Source: Squalus acanthias (lineage: Eukaryota). From it: a stretch of 64,000 nt of DNA. Under the pieces are notes generated by a model that saw only the letters and a list, made by a program, of their open reading frames with translations, did not search any database and was not told where the DNA came from. Below, piece by piece: positions 24,969-36,504 of this stretch (the first letter of the stretch is position 1; each line of letters begins with the position of its first letter). The stretch is from positions 10,168,001 to 10,232,000 of the forward strand of contig CM059452.1 of assembly GCA_030390025.1 (NCBI GenBank). The letters run 5' to 3'. The translations under genes were made by a program, and so were the position numbers.

Positions 24969-26619
24969 TCGGTTGAATTTCGGACGCCGTGGATTTTCCT
25001 GACCTGTTTATTAACATCTCTGTGTCATGAAAATAAAATATATCCTCTTAGTGATTCTCAGAGTCAAATGCCTTCAGTTAATAGATCCGAATCTGTAGCT
25101 GAGAAAATCATAACCGGGATTTCCGTCTCTCTGTTTGGAATGTGTGAGATAATCGTGGCTATAATGTGTATATATCTTAGAGTTACACCGTTGTTTGAAT
25201 ATTTCATGTGTAAATAAGTCACTTTTCTCATTCGTAATTGACAATTGTTCCCTTCCCTTTATGTAGAGCCCCTGTTTTCTCTCCCTGGTGTCTGTTACAG
25301 TTGTACAGATAACTGGCAGCTCAGACCGCCTGTGATCTGGTCTCAATGTGACGCTCTGTTGTTATATTCACTTTGTGTTAACTTTTTTAAAACTTCACTG
25401 TAAATTGTTCTCTGTGAAATTGTTAATAAATCTGGAATGACAAATTGACTAATTTGGACTTTGCTGAATTACTTTCTCCAAGGCTGCTCCATACCGCTCA
25501 ATTTTCCCTATCACACTTTGTTTTATTTCCCTGACAGGTATTTTTCACCCGTCCTGTCTGGGTTGTGTTTGAACCCAAGTTCCCTTCGGTTAAGGAGCCA
25601 CTGCGCCACCCAGTGTCGCATCAGAGTAACGACACCTTTACTGCTGCCTTTTCATGTCAAGACCCAGAGGCGGAATGACTGCATAGCGACCAGGCGCACC
25701 TTGAAGTCCATTCTCACATTATGGTCTGTCACAGTCATATGCCAGGTTCCATTAAAGAGCAGGGTTCTGCTCCATCACAGCCTAATACAGTACAGTACAT
25801 GGCAGAGTAAAGCTCCCTCTAAACTGTCCCTACATTACAACAGTGACTACAATTCAGAAAGTCCTTCATTGGTTGTGAAGCGCTTTGGGAATTTCGGTGG
25901 TCGTGAAAGGCGCTATATAAATGCAAGACTTGCTTTCTTCTTTATTTCCCAACAAACACGCCCAGGGCAGGTGTTAGATATCTGACACAGGCACACCAGC
26001 GAGCACAAACCCTGGGAATAATTCCCGAAGACTGGGCCTATCTGACGCACAGACTCTATCGCCATCTGTTCTCTTTAAACACACTCAGACACCCAAGGCA
26101 GAGAGGAAAGAAGGAGAGGTTGTATTTGAGGGACAGGAGATGAGGGATCACGCGGTGTCCACAGGCAGTGGGCTCTGCTGGATACAGTTTGTGTGATAGA
26201 CCAACACAATCAAATTCTGATGGAATATCATTCCAGTTTGGTTCAGGCCAAATATGCGAGTGGAACCATTCACTATAGAATGTATCTTTGTTTTGGATTC
26301 GCCCCTTTAAAGGAGACCCGAATCAAATGGTCCACACAGACCAAGGAGAAAATTGGGCGTGACTGGGGTAACCACTTCCAACCCTTTTCCAATCTGAGCA
26401 ACACCCATTTACCCTGACCCTCGGTCTCCTGTTTCATAAGCACATAAAAACATAAGAAATAGGAGCAGGAGTGGGCCATTTGGCCCTTCGAGCCTGCTCC
26501 GCCATTCAATGAGATCCTGGCTGATCTTCTACCTCAACTCCACTTTCCTGCACTATCCCCATATCCCTTGATGCCCTTAATATTCAAAAATCTATCAATC
26601 TCTGTCTTGAATATACTCA

Positions 26620-28440
26620 TGATGCGGAGATGCCGGCGTTGGACTGGTGTGGACAAAAATGAGAAGTCGCACAACACCAGGTTATAGTCCAACAGATTTA
26701 TTTAAAATTACAAGCTTTCGGAGCTATCGCCCCTTCTTCAGGTAAAGATACAATGAGTGAATCTACAAAAGTTCACAGAATATAAACACAGAAAATGCAG
26801 AGATACAATCTTTCCTTACGTCAAAGACACACCAAGAGCACAGCCAAGACAATGAGATGTGTCCCAGGGGGTCCAACGTGTCAAATCCTGCTGTCTGCAG
26901 CAGATCTCTCTCCATATCCCTTCCTCTCTCTCCGTCTTTTTTGGGGCAAGACTTCTTCGCTGCACAGGACCTCCAACCAATGCTGTACACCAGATACATC
27001 GACGACATCTTCTTCCTTTGGACCCACGGTGAAGGATCACTGAAAGGACTACACGATAGCATCAACAGGTTCCATCCCACCATCAAACTCACCATGGACT
27101 ACTCCTCAGAATCGGTTTCATTCTTGGACGCACGAATCTCCATCAAAGACGGACACCTCAGCACTTCACTCTACCGCAAGCCCACGGACAACCTCACGAT
27201 GCTCCACTTCTCCAGCTTCCACCCTAACCACGTTAAAGAAGCCATCCCCTATGGACAAGCCCTGCGAATACACAGGATCTGCTCAGACGAGGAGGAACGC
27301 GATGGACACCTACGGACACTGAAAGACGCCCTCGTAAGAACGGGATATGACGCTCGACTCGTCGATCGACAGTTCCGACGGGCCACAGCGAAAAACCGCA
27401 TAGACCTCCTCAGAAGGCGAACACGGGACACAACCAACAGAGTACCCTACGTCGTCCAGTACTTCCCCGGAGCGGAGAAACTACGCCATGTTCTTCGCAG
27501 CCTTCAACATGTCATCGATGACGATGAACACCTTGCTAAGGCCATCCCCACGCCTCCACTACTCGCCTTCAAGCAGCCGCCTAACCTCAAAAGTACCATA
27601 GTTCGCAGCAAATTACCCAGCTGTCAGGAGAACAGCGACCACGACACCACACAACTCTGCCATGGCAACCTCTGCAAGACATGCCAGTTCATGGACACAG
27701 ATACCGTCATCACACGTGAGGACACTACCCACCAGGTACATGGTACATACTCATGTGACTCGGCCAACGTTGTCTACCTGATACGTTGCAGGAAAGGATG
27801 CCCCAGAGCATGGTACATCGGCGAGATCATGCAGACACTGAGACAACGTATGAACGGACACCGCGCAACAATCGCCAGGCAGGATGGTTGCCTCCCAGTC
27901 GGTGAACACTTTAGCAGTCAAGAGCATTCAGCCTCGGATCAGCGGGTTAGCATTCTCCAAGGCGGCCTTCGAGACACACGACAACGCAAAATCATCGATC
28001 AGAAACTGATAGCCAAGTTCCGCACTCATGAGGACGGCCTCAATAGGGATATCGGGTTCATGTCACGCTACAGATCGTGACTTGACATCGTTGTCTGTCT
28101 TTCCAGTTTTTAAAAAACAAACTCAAAAAAACAAAGCCATAAAAAAAAACACAAAAAAGACGGAGAGAGAGGAAGGGATATGGAGAGAGATCTGCTGCAG
28201 ACAGCAGGATTTGACACGTTGTACCCCCTGGGACACATCTCCTTGTCTTGGATGTGCTCTTGGTGTGTCTTTGATGTAAGGAAAGATTGTATCTCTGCAT
28301 TTTCTGTGTTTATATTCTGTGAACTTTTGTAGATTCACTCATTGTAACTTTACCTGAAGAAGGGGCGATAGCTCCGAAAGCTTGTAATTTTAAATAATCT
28401 GTTGGACTATAACCTGGTGTTGTGCGAGTTCTCATTTTTG
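26620..28440 (+). mobile_element. 5'-truncated Penelope-like element (RT C-terminus + GIY-YIG) with inverted pseudo-LTR
   Basis: ORF 26857-28080: RYIDDIF, LYRKPT, NVVYLIRC...WYIGE. 26654-26943 is an inverted copy of 28150-28440. Flanking duplication aatatactca (26610-26619 / 28441-28450). Confidence 0.9.
28350..28387 (+). ncRNA. minimal hammerhead ribozyme motif (Penelope pLTR); inverted copy 26708-26745
   Basis: ttac-CTGAAGA-a-ggggc gata gctcc-GAAA-gctt-gtaa: conserved core, stem II, palindromic stem III, stem I ttac/gtaa. Confidence 0.7.
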
Positions 28441-29575
28441 AATATACTCAACCACTGAGCCTCCACAGCCCTCTGGGGTAGAGAATTCCAAAGATGCATC
28501 ACCCTCTGAGTGAAGAAATTTCTCCTCATCTCAGTCCTAAATGGCCGACCCCTTATTCTGAGACAGTGACTCCTGGTTCTAGATTTCCCAGTCAGGGGAA
28601 ACATCCTCCCTACAGCTACCCTGTCAAGCCCTGTAAGTATTTTGTATGTTGCAATGAGATCACCTCTCATTCTTCTAAACTCTAGGGAATATAGGCCTAG
28701 TCTACTCAATCTGTCCTCATAGGACCATCCCCCCATCCCAGGAACCAGTCTGGTGAACCTTCGTTGCACTCCCTCTATGGCAAGTATATCCTTCCTTCGG
28801 TAAGGAGACCAAAACTGTACACAATACTCCAGGTGTGGTCTCACCAGGGCCCTATATAATTGCAGTAAGACGTCTTTACTCTTATACTCAAATTCTCCTG
28901 TAATAAAGGCCAACATACCATTTTCCCTGACGACATTTCTCCCTGCTCTCCTCCATTCCCTCTTGTACGATCTACCTGAACTCACTAAACATCACCCCAG
29001 AGATCATTTCGCGCTGCTCTCCTCCATTCCCTCTGATACCAACTCCCTGAACTCACTGAACATCACTCCAGGGATCCACCAGTGACCTTCAGACCTTCGC
29101 TCCCGGTTTCAGTGAAGTTTCGCTCCTCCTCCTTCACCGACTTATCGGATTCTTTCGGAGCCTCCCGGCCACCTGAACATCTCCACCTAATTCTGGTCAA
29201 CCCCGAGTATCTTCTAATCTAGAATGTTCCTTCTACTGGGGCGCTGCTTTTCCACGAAACTCCCCAAGTTTAGGCGTGAGGTCTCTTGTGGTTGGATAGC
29301 ACATCGTGTTAAGGGAGGGAAGAATTAGCGGCCCTTCTGTAGGGCTCGGAAGTAAGTTTGGGAATGGATGGAGTTGGTGTTTAAACTGTCTCTGCCGCAG
29401 TGAAATAAAAAGGAATTTCACCTTAATTTATATTGAGAAATATAATGGCGGATTGACCACCGCCCTTTGCCTGAACTGGTCGTTTTCGGAACCGATTTGA
29501 GTGTCACCCAATCTACCCAGGCTTTGCTCAGAGTGGAGATATTGTAGGAGAGCGGGGCCTTTCCCCCACACTGTG

Positions 29576-31201
29576 GCCCACGGCACAGTAATAGATTCCG
29601 GTATCCGCCAACTCTGCCTGGTCGATACCGAGTGTGCTCAGACTTTGATCCCGGTCGGTGTGGATCTTAAACCGGCCTTGCTGGCGCTCTCCTTTGAACC
29701 CACAATGGATGTATCCCGGGGCCTCGCTCACCAGTCGGCTGCAGCAACAGATGTTGCCGGTCGTGCTGAAACCGCACTGGATCCTGACGGGGTTTCCTTC
29801 CACTGCGAACTCTCGGGCAGGTTGAGAATTCTGGGATAAACTCGGAGCATATTTGGAAGCAATTTAAGAATTACACAGAATTTACAGCACTAGGATCCCT
29901 AGTAAAACTGAAGTCAATGGGAATCAGGGGTAAAACGCTCCACTGGCTGGAGTCATACCTAGCACAAAGGAAGATGGTTGTGGTGGTTGAAGGTCAATCA
30001 TTTCAGCCCCAGGACATCGCTGCAGGAGTTCCTCAGGGCAGTGTCCTAGACCCAACCATCTTCAGCTGCTTCATCAATGACCTCCCCTCCAACATAAGGT
30101 CAAAAATGGGGATTTATTCTGATGACTTCACCGTGTTCAGCGCCATTCGCAACTCCTCAGATAATGAAGCAGTCCATGCCCGCATGCAACAAGACCTGGA
30201 CGACATTTAGGCTTGGGCTGATAAGTGGCAGGTAACATTTGCGCCACAGAAGTGCCAGGCAATGATTATCTCCAACAAGCGAGAGTCTAACCACCTCCCC
30301 TTGACATTCGACTGCATTACTATCATCGAATCCCCCAACATCAACATCCTAGGGGTCACCATTAACCAGAAACTTAACTGGACCAGCCACATAAATACTG
30401 TGGCAACAAAAGCAGGTTAGAGCCTAAGTATTCTGCGGTGAGTGTCTCACCTCCTGACTCCCCAAATCCTTTCCAGCATCTACAAGGCACAAGTAAGGAG
30501 TGTGATGGAATGCTCTCCATTTGCCTGGATAAGTGCAGCTCTAACAACACTCAAGAAGCTCGACACCATCCAGGACAAAGCAGCCCGCTTGATTGTCACC
30601 CCATCCACCACCTTAAACATTCACTCCCTTCACCACCGTCGTACCGTGGCTGCAGTGTGTACCATCTGCAAGATGCACTGCAGCAACTCGCCAAGTCTTC
30701 TTCGGCAGCACCTCCCAAACCAGCTACCTCTTTCACCTAGAAGGACAAGGGCAGCAGGTGCATGGGAACACCACCACCTCCAAGTTCCCCTCCAAGTCAC
30801 ACACACCATCCTGACTTGGAAGTATATCGCCGATCCTTCATCGTCGCTGGATCAAAATCCTGGAACTCCGTCCGGAACAGCACAGTGGGAGTACCTTCAC
30901 CACACGGACTGCAGCGGTTGAAGAAGGCGGCTCACCACCTCCTTCTCTCAAGGGCAATTAGGGATGGGCAATAAATGCTGGACTTGCAAGCGACGCCCAA
31001 ATCCCATAAACGAATAAAAATAAAATATAAAAGAAACAGGCCATTCGTCCCAACTGGTCTATACCTGTCTTTATGCTCAACACGAGCCTCCTCCCAACCC
31101 CATTGACATTGAAACACAGCAGTTTATGGAGCAAAATGATTAAAAACAGATGAGTAATACTCACAGGGTAATAAGAGCAGGAAGAGGTGAATATCCCCCA
31201 T
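29576..31201 (-). pseudogene. inverted paralog of the 2.5-kb extra-Cys V; pseudogene with LINE in intron
   Basis: Leader MGDIHLFLLLLP 31201-31165 intact; acceptor AG mutated to AT (29851-29852); WY changed to CC; RSS CACAGTG 29569-29575 / 23 / ACAATATCT 29537-29545. Confidence 0.87.
29890..31030 (+). mobile_element. CR1/L2-group LINE 3' fragment inserted in V intron
   Basis: GVPQGSVL..IFSCFINDLP RT motifs, A-rich tail; absent from the paralogous intron near 2670. Confidence 0.9.
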
Positions 31202-31739
31202 GGCTGATGTATACTCTTTACTCAAGGCTCCGTCTCACTCTGTATTGAAACTGGCGGAGATTATTGGAGGCTGTAACTTGCCTAGTCTCAATGAGACCAC
31301 GCTCTCTGCTTCTGTATAACTTCACAGCGACCCCTGCAATAGTACAGGAGACAGGAGACATCGCGATAGAAGGCCACGGTTTCTCACCTCAGTTTCACTG
31401 TCAGTCATACGGGATCTGCTAGAGTTAATGTCAGTGACAGTCTCACATCTTCTGCTTCAGGTGAAACTCAATCGGTCATCAATATATCGATTACTTTGCC
31501 CAGCTGGCTCCCGTAATCAGAAGGACCACATTGGACCTGTGACAGTTCTCTGAGCAAACTGTTCACTCAGTCCAATTCTTCTCCTCTTTCACTACACACG
31601 TGAGTTTCTTTTTCAAATATTAGCCCATTTACATTTTAAAAGTTATTATAAATTCGGCTTCCTCGCTGCTTTTGTTGGGAATTTCATGTCCCAACAATCC
31701 TCTGAGTCAAAAAAAAACCTTCGTTCTCATGGTAGGGAT

Positions 31740-32560
31740 CGTAGCACTGAGTACTATAATACAGGGAGACACCAGCAGAGGGAGATAGATAAAGGTGTGA
31801 CAGAATACAGTGCTACAGAGAGACACCAGCTGAGGGAGATAAAGGTGTGACTGAGCACAGTGATACAGAGAGACACCAGCAGAGGGAGATAGATAAAGGT
31901 GTGACAGAATACAGTGATACATAGACCACAGCAGAGGGAGATAGATAAACGTTTGACTGAGTACAGTGAGTAATACAGAGAGACAGCAACAGAAGGAGTT
32001 AAATAAATGTGTAAAAGGGTATTGTGATACAGAGAGACACCAACAGAGGGAGATAGATAAATGTGTCACTGAGTATAGCGAGCAATAAGAGAGGGAGACA
32101 GATAAAGTTGTGACTGCGTACAGTCAGTGATACACAGAGACACCAACAGAAGGAGATAGATAAAGTTGTGAGAAACACTGAGAGTGGGCGGCCCGGTGTG
32201 AGCTCAGAGACAGTGTGAGCTGGTGTCAGTGAGAAACACTGAGTGTGGGTGGCCCGGTGTGAGCTCTGAGACTGTGTGAGCTGGTGTCAGTGAGAAACAC
32301 TGAGTGTGGGCGGCCCGGTGTGAGCTCAGAGACAGTGTGAGCTGGTGTCAGTGAGAAACACTGAGTGTGGGCGGCCCGGTGTGAGCTCAGAGACAGTGTG
32401 AGCTGGTGTCAGTGAGAAACACTGAGTGTGGGCGGCCCGGTGTGAGCTCAGAGACAGTGTGAGCTGGTGTCCGTGAAACACAGAGTGTGGGCGGCCCGGT
32501 GTGAGCTCAGAGACAGTGTGAGCTGGTGTCAGTGAGACACTGAATGTGAGTGGTCCGGGG
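31740..32560. repeat. inverted paralogs of the two minisatellites at 805-1975
   Basis: Degenerate ~52-bp units 31740-32165; ~6 x 61-bp units 32169-32560. Confidence 0.85.
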
Positions 32561-32736
32561 TTGGTAAACCCTGATACGCAGATTATTTCGTTAGTTCGAC
32601 AAAAAGAAGCATCTGAGTTGCACATGAAGCGGGAGTCAGTCTCCTTGTGAAATCTCCTTAATAAAATATCTTTGTCCTGGTTCTAACCCGAACGCTGTGT
32701 ACAATTCTTTCAGCCTCCTTATCATCTGATCGGACA

Positions 32737-33070
32737 ATGCTCCAGATTTACAGAGTTTCCCTGCTGATTTACACTCTGATCTGCACGGATGTGAGCGGTG
32801 AAGATGGGGTGAAGCAGCTCCCTCGGCGGGTGGTTGTTCCTGAAGAGCGAACCGTGTCCATCAACTGCTCCGCTACCGCTGCGTTTACCGTCCTGCACTG
32901 GTACAGACAGCACCCGGATCAGACACCCCAGCACCTGGTGATGGCCACAAGCGGGACCGATCAACACGGGAGGATCACTGCTTCAATCGGGGGAGGCAAT
33001 AAACTCAGTGCCCTGACTGTGAGAGACGCGCGAGTGACAGACAGCGCCACCTATCTCTGCGCCGTGAGCC
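32737..33070 (+). CDS. TCR alpha/delta-type V segment, intronless leader+V (copy 2), open frame
   Basis: MLQIYRVSLLIYTLICT-DVSG-EDGVKQ...WYRQ...YLCAVS; RSS CACAGTG 33071-33077 / 23 / ACAGAAACC 33101-33109. Confidence 0.92.
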
Positions 33071-33918
33071 CACAGTGTAACAAACAGGCGGAGAGTCCGC
33101 ACAGAAACCTGCCCCGAGGGGGAGCGCCGCTCTGCTGTGTTTGGAGTAACGGGATTGGGAGGGGCTCGGTTATAATAATCGGAGGGCAGAGGGAATGAGC
33201 ACAGAACAATGATGATATATTGAAGAGAGAGATTTGAAGAAAGTGAGAAATGAAGAGAGTTGGAAACATGACAGAGGAAAGAAAGAGAAAACACCAAAGA
33301 CAGAATGAGAGAGAGAAAGAGAAAAAGCGGTGAAATAATGAGAGTGTAGAGGACAGCAAATTAGTAAAGGCGGGAAAGAGAAATGAAAGAAAGTGAGAAA
33401 TAACGAGTGAGAAACACAAAGCAAAAGGTGAGAGAAAGCGATAAAGAAAGAGATTCAGAAATAAAGTAAAATGTACTTTCCTTTAAATTAATTCACATTT
33501 CCCTTCGCCCTATTTACAAAGCTGAATTGTCTGAAACAATACACATTGTCTCCCAATAACAGGCCTCTGGAAACTGCCCCATCGATAAACTCACACTTTA
33601 CTCTGCCGATTTTCCCGACAGTGTAAAATTCTCAGAGTCACCGGCAGAGGGCGCCGTGGTCACATGTTTCTCGCCGTCATCAACTGGAAATTATAGAGAC
33701 AAATCTTGCGGTGACACTGCCCGCGGCAGCCCCGCCCACAGCTTCCGTTTGCTGCTCTCGCTCTGACCCGCCTTGCCTGCCCGGTGTTATTGGAGAGATT
33801 GCTGCCGCTGTTCCCTGTTTGGCATTGCTTGGATCAGCAGTGCAGTGGGGCGCGGATCTGTATTTCTGCTCCGACAGAGGATTTCCCGGACTGCAGAGTT
33901 ACAGACGGAGGGAGGATC

Positions 33919-34425
33919 ATGTGGAACCGTCTCGCACCGCTCCTCATCATTATATCACTTCTCAGTAAGTATTTCCTTCACATTCTCCCCTGACTGCTGT
34001 AAACCAGGTGTTATTGTTGCTAAAATGATGCTGATTATGTTGCTTAAGATGACATTAATGGTGATGGATGGTGATGATGATGGTGATGGTGATGATGACT
34101 ATTACTGTTATTTTATTTTAGAATGGAGCCACCAAGACGCAGCCGAACAGCCGGTCCCTGAGATGACGGTTGAAGAAGAAAGTAATGTCACACTAACCTG
34201 CACCTTGAAAACAAGCGATTCTAACCCTTATTTGTACTGGTACAGTCAGCGCCCCGGGCAGCCTCCACAGTACGTGCTTCGTCTTATCGGAGGGAATGTG
34301 AACCGGAACCCCGACGTTACTGACCGATTCAATTCTACGTTTAATAAAACTACCAAGATTACCGAGCTAACGATCGGCAAAGCCCTGATCTCCGACACCG
34401 CCGTATATTTCTGTGCCATGGAGCC
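33919..34425 (+). CDS. TCR alpha/delta V segment (family B), apparently intact
   Basis: Leader 33919-33964; V exon 34122-34425 (LTC, YWY, YFCAMEP); RSS CACACTG 34426-34432 / 24 / ACAAAAACC 34457-34465. Confidence 0.93.
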
Positions 34426-34593
34426 CACACTGCTGCAGAGATATAGCGGATCCCGTACAAAAACCCACACTGAGAGTTCCAGTTAGTGCTCACCAGAGGG
34501 CGCTCTCACACCGACAAACAGAAGCGATAATTCAGCCTCCACAGTGAAGTCACAGGGACCTTCTGAAAAGGGCGAAAAAACAGAACACTCCAC

Positions 34594-34903
34594 AAGTCAC
34601 GGATTTTCCTTCTGTCTTAACTCTTGAAGACAACGTCTGAGTGACAGAATCACAATAATTCAGATCTGAAAAAAACGTTCAAACAGGAAAAGGACAGACC
34701 AGCGAGTGTTTAAAATTCAGATTCAAACCATGTTGGAAATTAGAGAAAAGTTGAAATGTGTTTGATCCGCCATCATCATCACCATTTCACCAACAATAAC
34801 ACCTGGGTTACAGCAGTCAGGGGGAGAATGGATGTTTACTGGGGAGCAAATACTTACTGAGAAGTGATATAATGATGAGGAGCGGTGCGAGACGGTTCCG
34901 CAT
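34594..34903 (-). pseudogene. chimeric V fragment: family-B leader + family-D intron end/FR1, truncated
   Basis: Leader MRNRLAPLLIIISLL 34903-34858; intron switches to family-D sequence near 34765; exon from 34665 reads DSVTQTLSSRVKTEGKSVT and homology then ends. Confidence 0.8.
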
Positions 34904-36504
34904 GATGCTCCCTGAGTCTGTAACTCTGCAGTCCGGGAAATCCACTTTCGGAGCAGAAATACAGATCCCCGCCCCACTGCACTGCTGATCCAACCAATGC
35001 CAAAGAGGGAGCAGCGGCAGCAATCTCTCCAATAACACAGGGCAGGCAAGGCGGGTCAGAGCGAGAGCAGCAAACGGAAGCTGTGGGCGGGGCTGATGAA
35101 GAGGGAGTGAGAAGAAGGAAATAGTCGCCTGGTGCTCACTTTCTCTCGCAATGAGCCTTTCTCTGAAGCGGAATGATGAAGGGATGGGCACAGGAGCTGT
35201 TTTAAGTAGCAGCGTGTCCCAGTGCCCGACTGGAATGACCCCAAGAGGAGTATCAGCATTAAAACCGAACCCGCAATATCCATTTAAACTGAGCTGTGGA
35301 AGTAGAAGCTGGGGACACGGGTTCAATGTATCAAAGCTCATTTTACGGCTGGTACCAGGAAATTCTTCACACACACAGAGTGATTAATGTGTCGAATATA
35401 CTTCTGGATAGAGTAGCGGAGGGAAATATCATGGAGCCGTTTAAGGAAAAGTTTGAGGCTGCAGTGAGGGGCGGGAGTGAGGATCTCTCTGGATGGATGA
35501 GACAAGACAAGGCGAATGGCCTCCCTCATTCTCAGTGATCTGGTGAACGGCAACACGGCGGGATTTGTACCTTGTAGTTACAGGTAGTCGCCACCAGAGG
35601 GCAGTGGGCGGATGTGTTCACTGTTGGTTTCAGTGTGAGGGCGAGTTACAGACGGACAACACCGTTCAGTTCCTTTATTTAATAAAGGGATTCGGAAATA
35701 AAGGCATTAATTTCAAATGGAAGCATTTTTTTATTTTTAATGTCATTGTGATTTATTAAAGTATTATTAATGACATGTTGTAAATATTTTAATGCCCAGC
35801 TCACCCTAGTATCACTGAGCCTATCAGCTTTTCGCATCCTCCCATTCTGCTGAAACATGTCAGTCATTCCCCATTTCATTCATATAACAGGTGGCGTTTG
35901 TACAATTTACCGTATCGTTGTGTTCAAGTCCCTCAGGACCCGCTGGCCGTCTATATTCCCCTTTATATCAGCAGTGTGTAGATCGAATGGTTAGTGAGCA
36001 GCTCTTTAATCGGAGCCTCCGGCACTGATACCAGAACAACATTAACTATTTCCCTTTACTGCCCCCACCGCACAGATTGCACCTGTTTAGTGAATTTAGA
36101 TCCCACTGCATCTGAAAACAGAATGTGGACGAGTTGCTGCCCAAACAATGTGAGATTAATGTTTTTATCCGTTCAGGGACCTGCACTCATCAGTTAAAGA
36201 CAGCAGCAAGTAGATCGCACCGGGGGAACGGGGCTGTGCTGATTGTGTCCAGGAAGAGAAGCGAGAAAGGACAAATATACAACCCGTGACTCAGGGATGA
36301 GCGGGTGCAGCTTCGCACATGATCCTCAGGAATTGTCTGATTGGTTGGGAAAACTTTAGCACATTGCTGAGAGACGGAATGAATCCAATTCTAGAATAGT
36401 TTGCATCGAGTCTGTTCCTCATTCATCTCAAATAATTTACGACTAAATATACATCAATAACCTCCACAAGATAGCAATCGTTGTGTGCCCGTCTGTGTTT
36501 ATTC

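Larger units (their letters stand above)
26435..28925 (-). mobile_element. CR1 LINE fragment split by a Penelope insertion
   Basis: CR1 ORF2 C-terminus 28441-28925 continues at 26435-26619. Confidence 0.88.

Noticed and set aside
32169-32560. Regular repeat array resembling CRISPR
   Set aside because: Head-to-tail 61-bp units with no unique spacers; vertebrate DNA.
34466-34472. Second CACACTG directly after family-B nonamers
   Set aside because: No nonamer at 12 or 23 nt downstream.
33773-34486. Long ORFs reading through V introns (also 50444-50971, 40478-41062)
   Set aside because: Canonical GT-AG leader introns are present; read-through is incidental.
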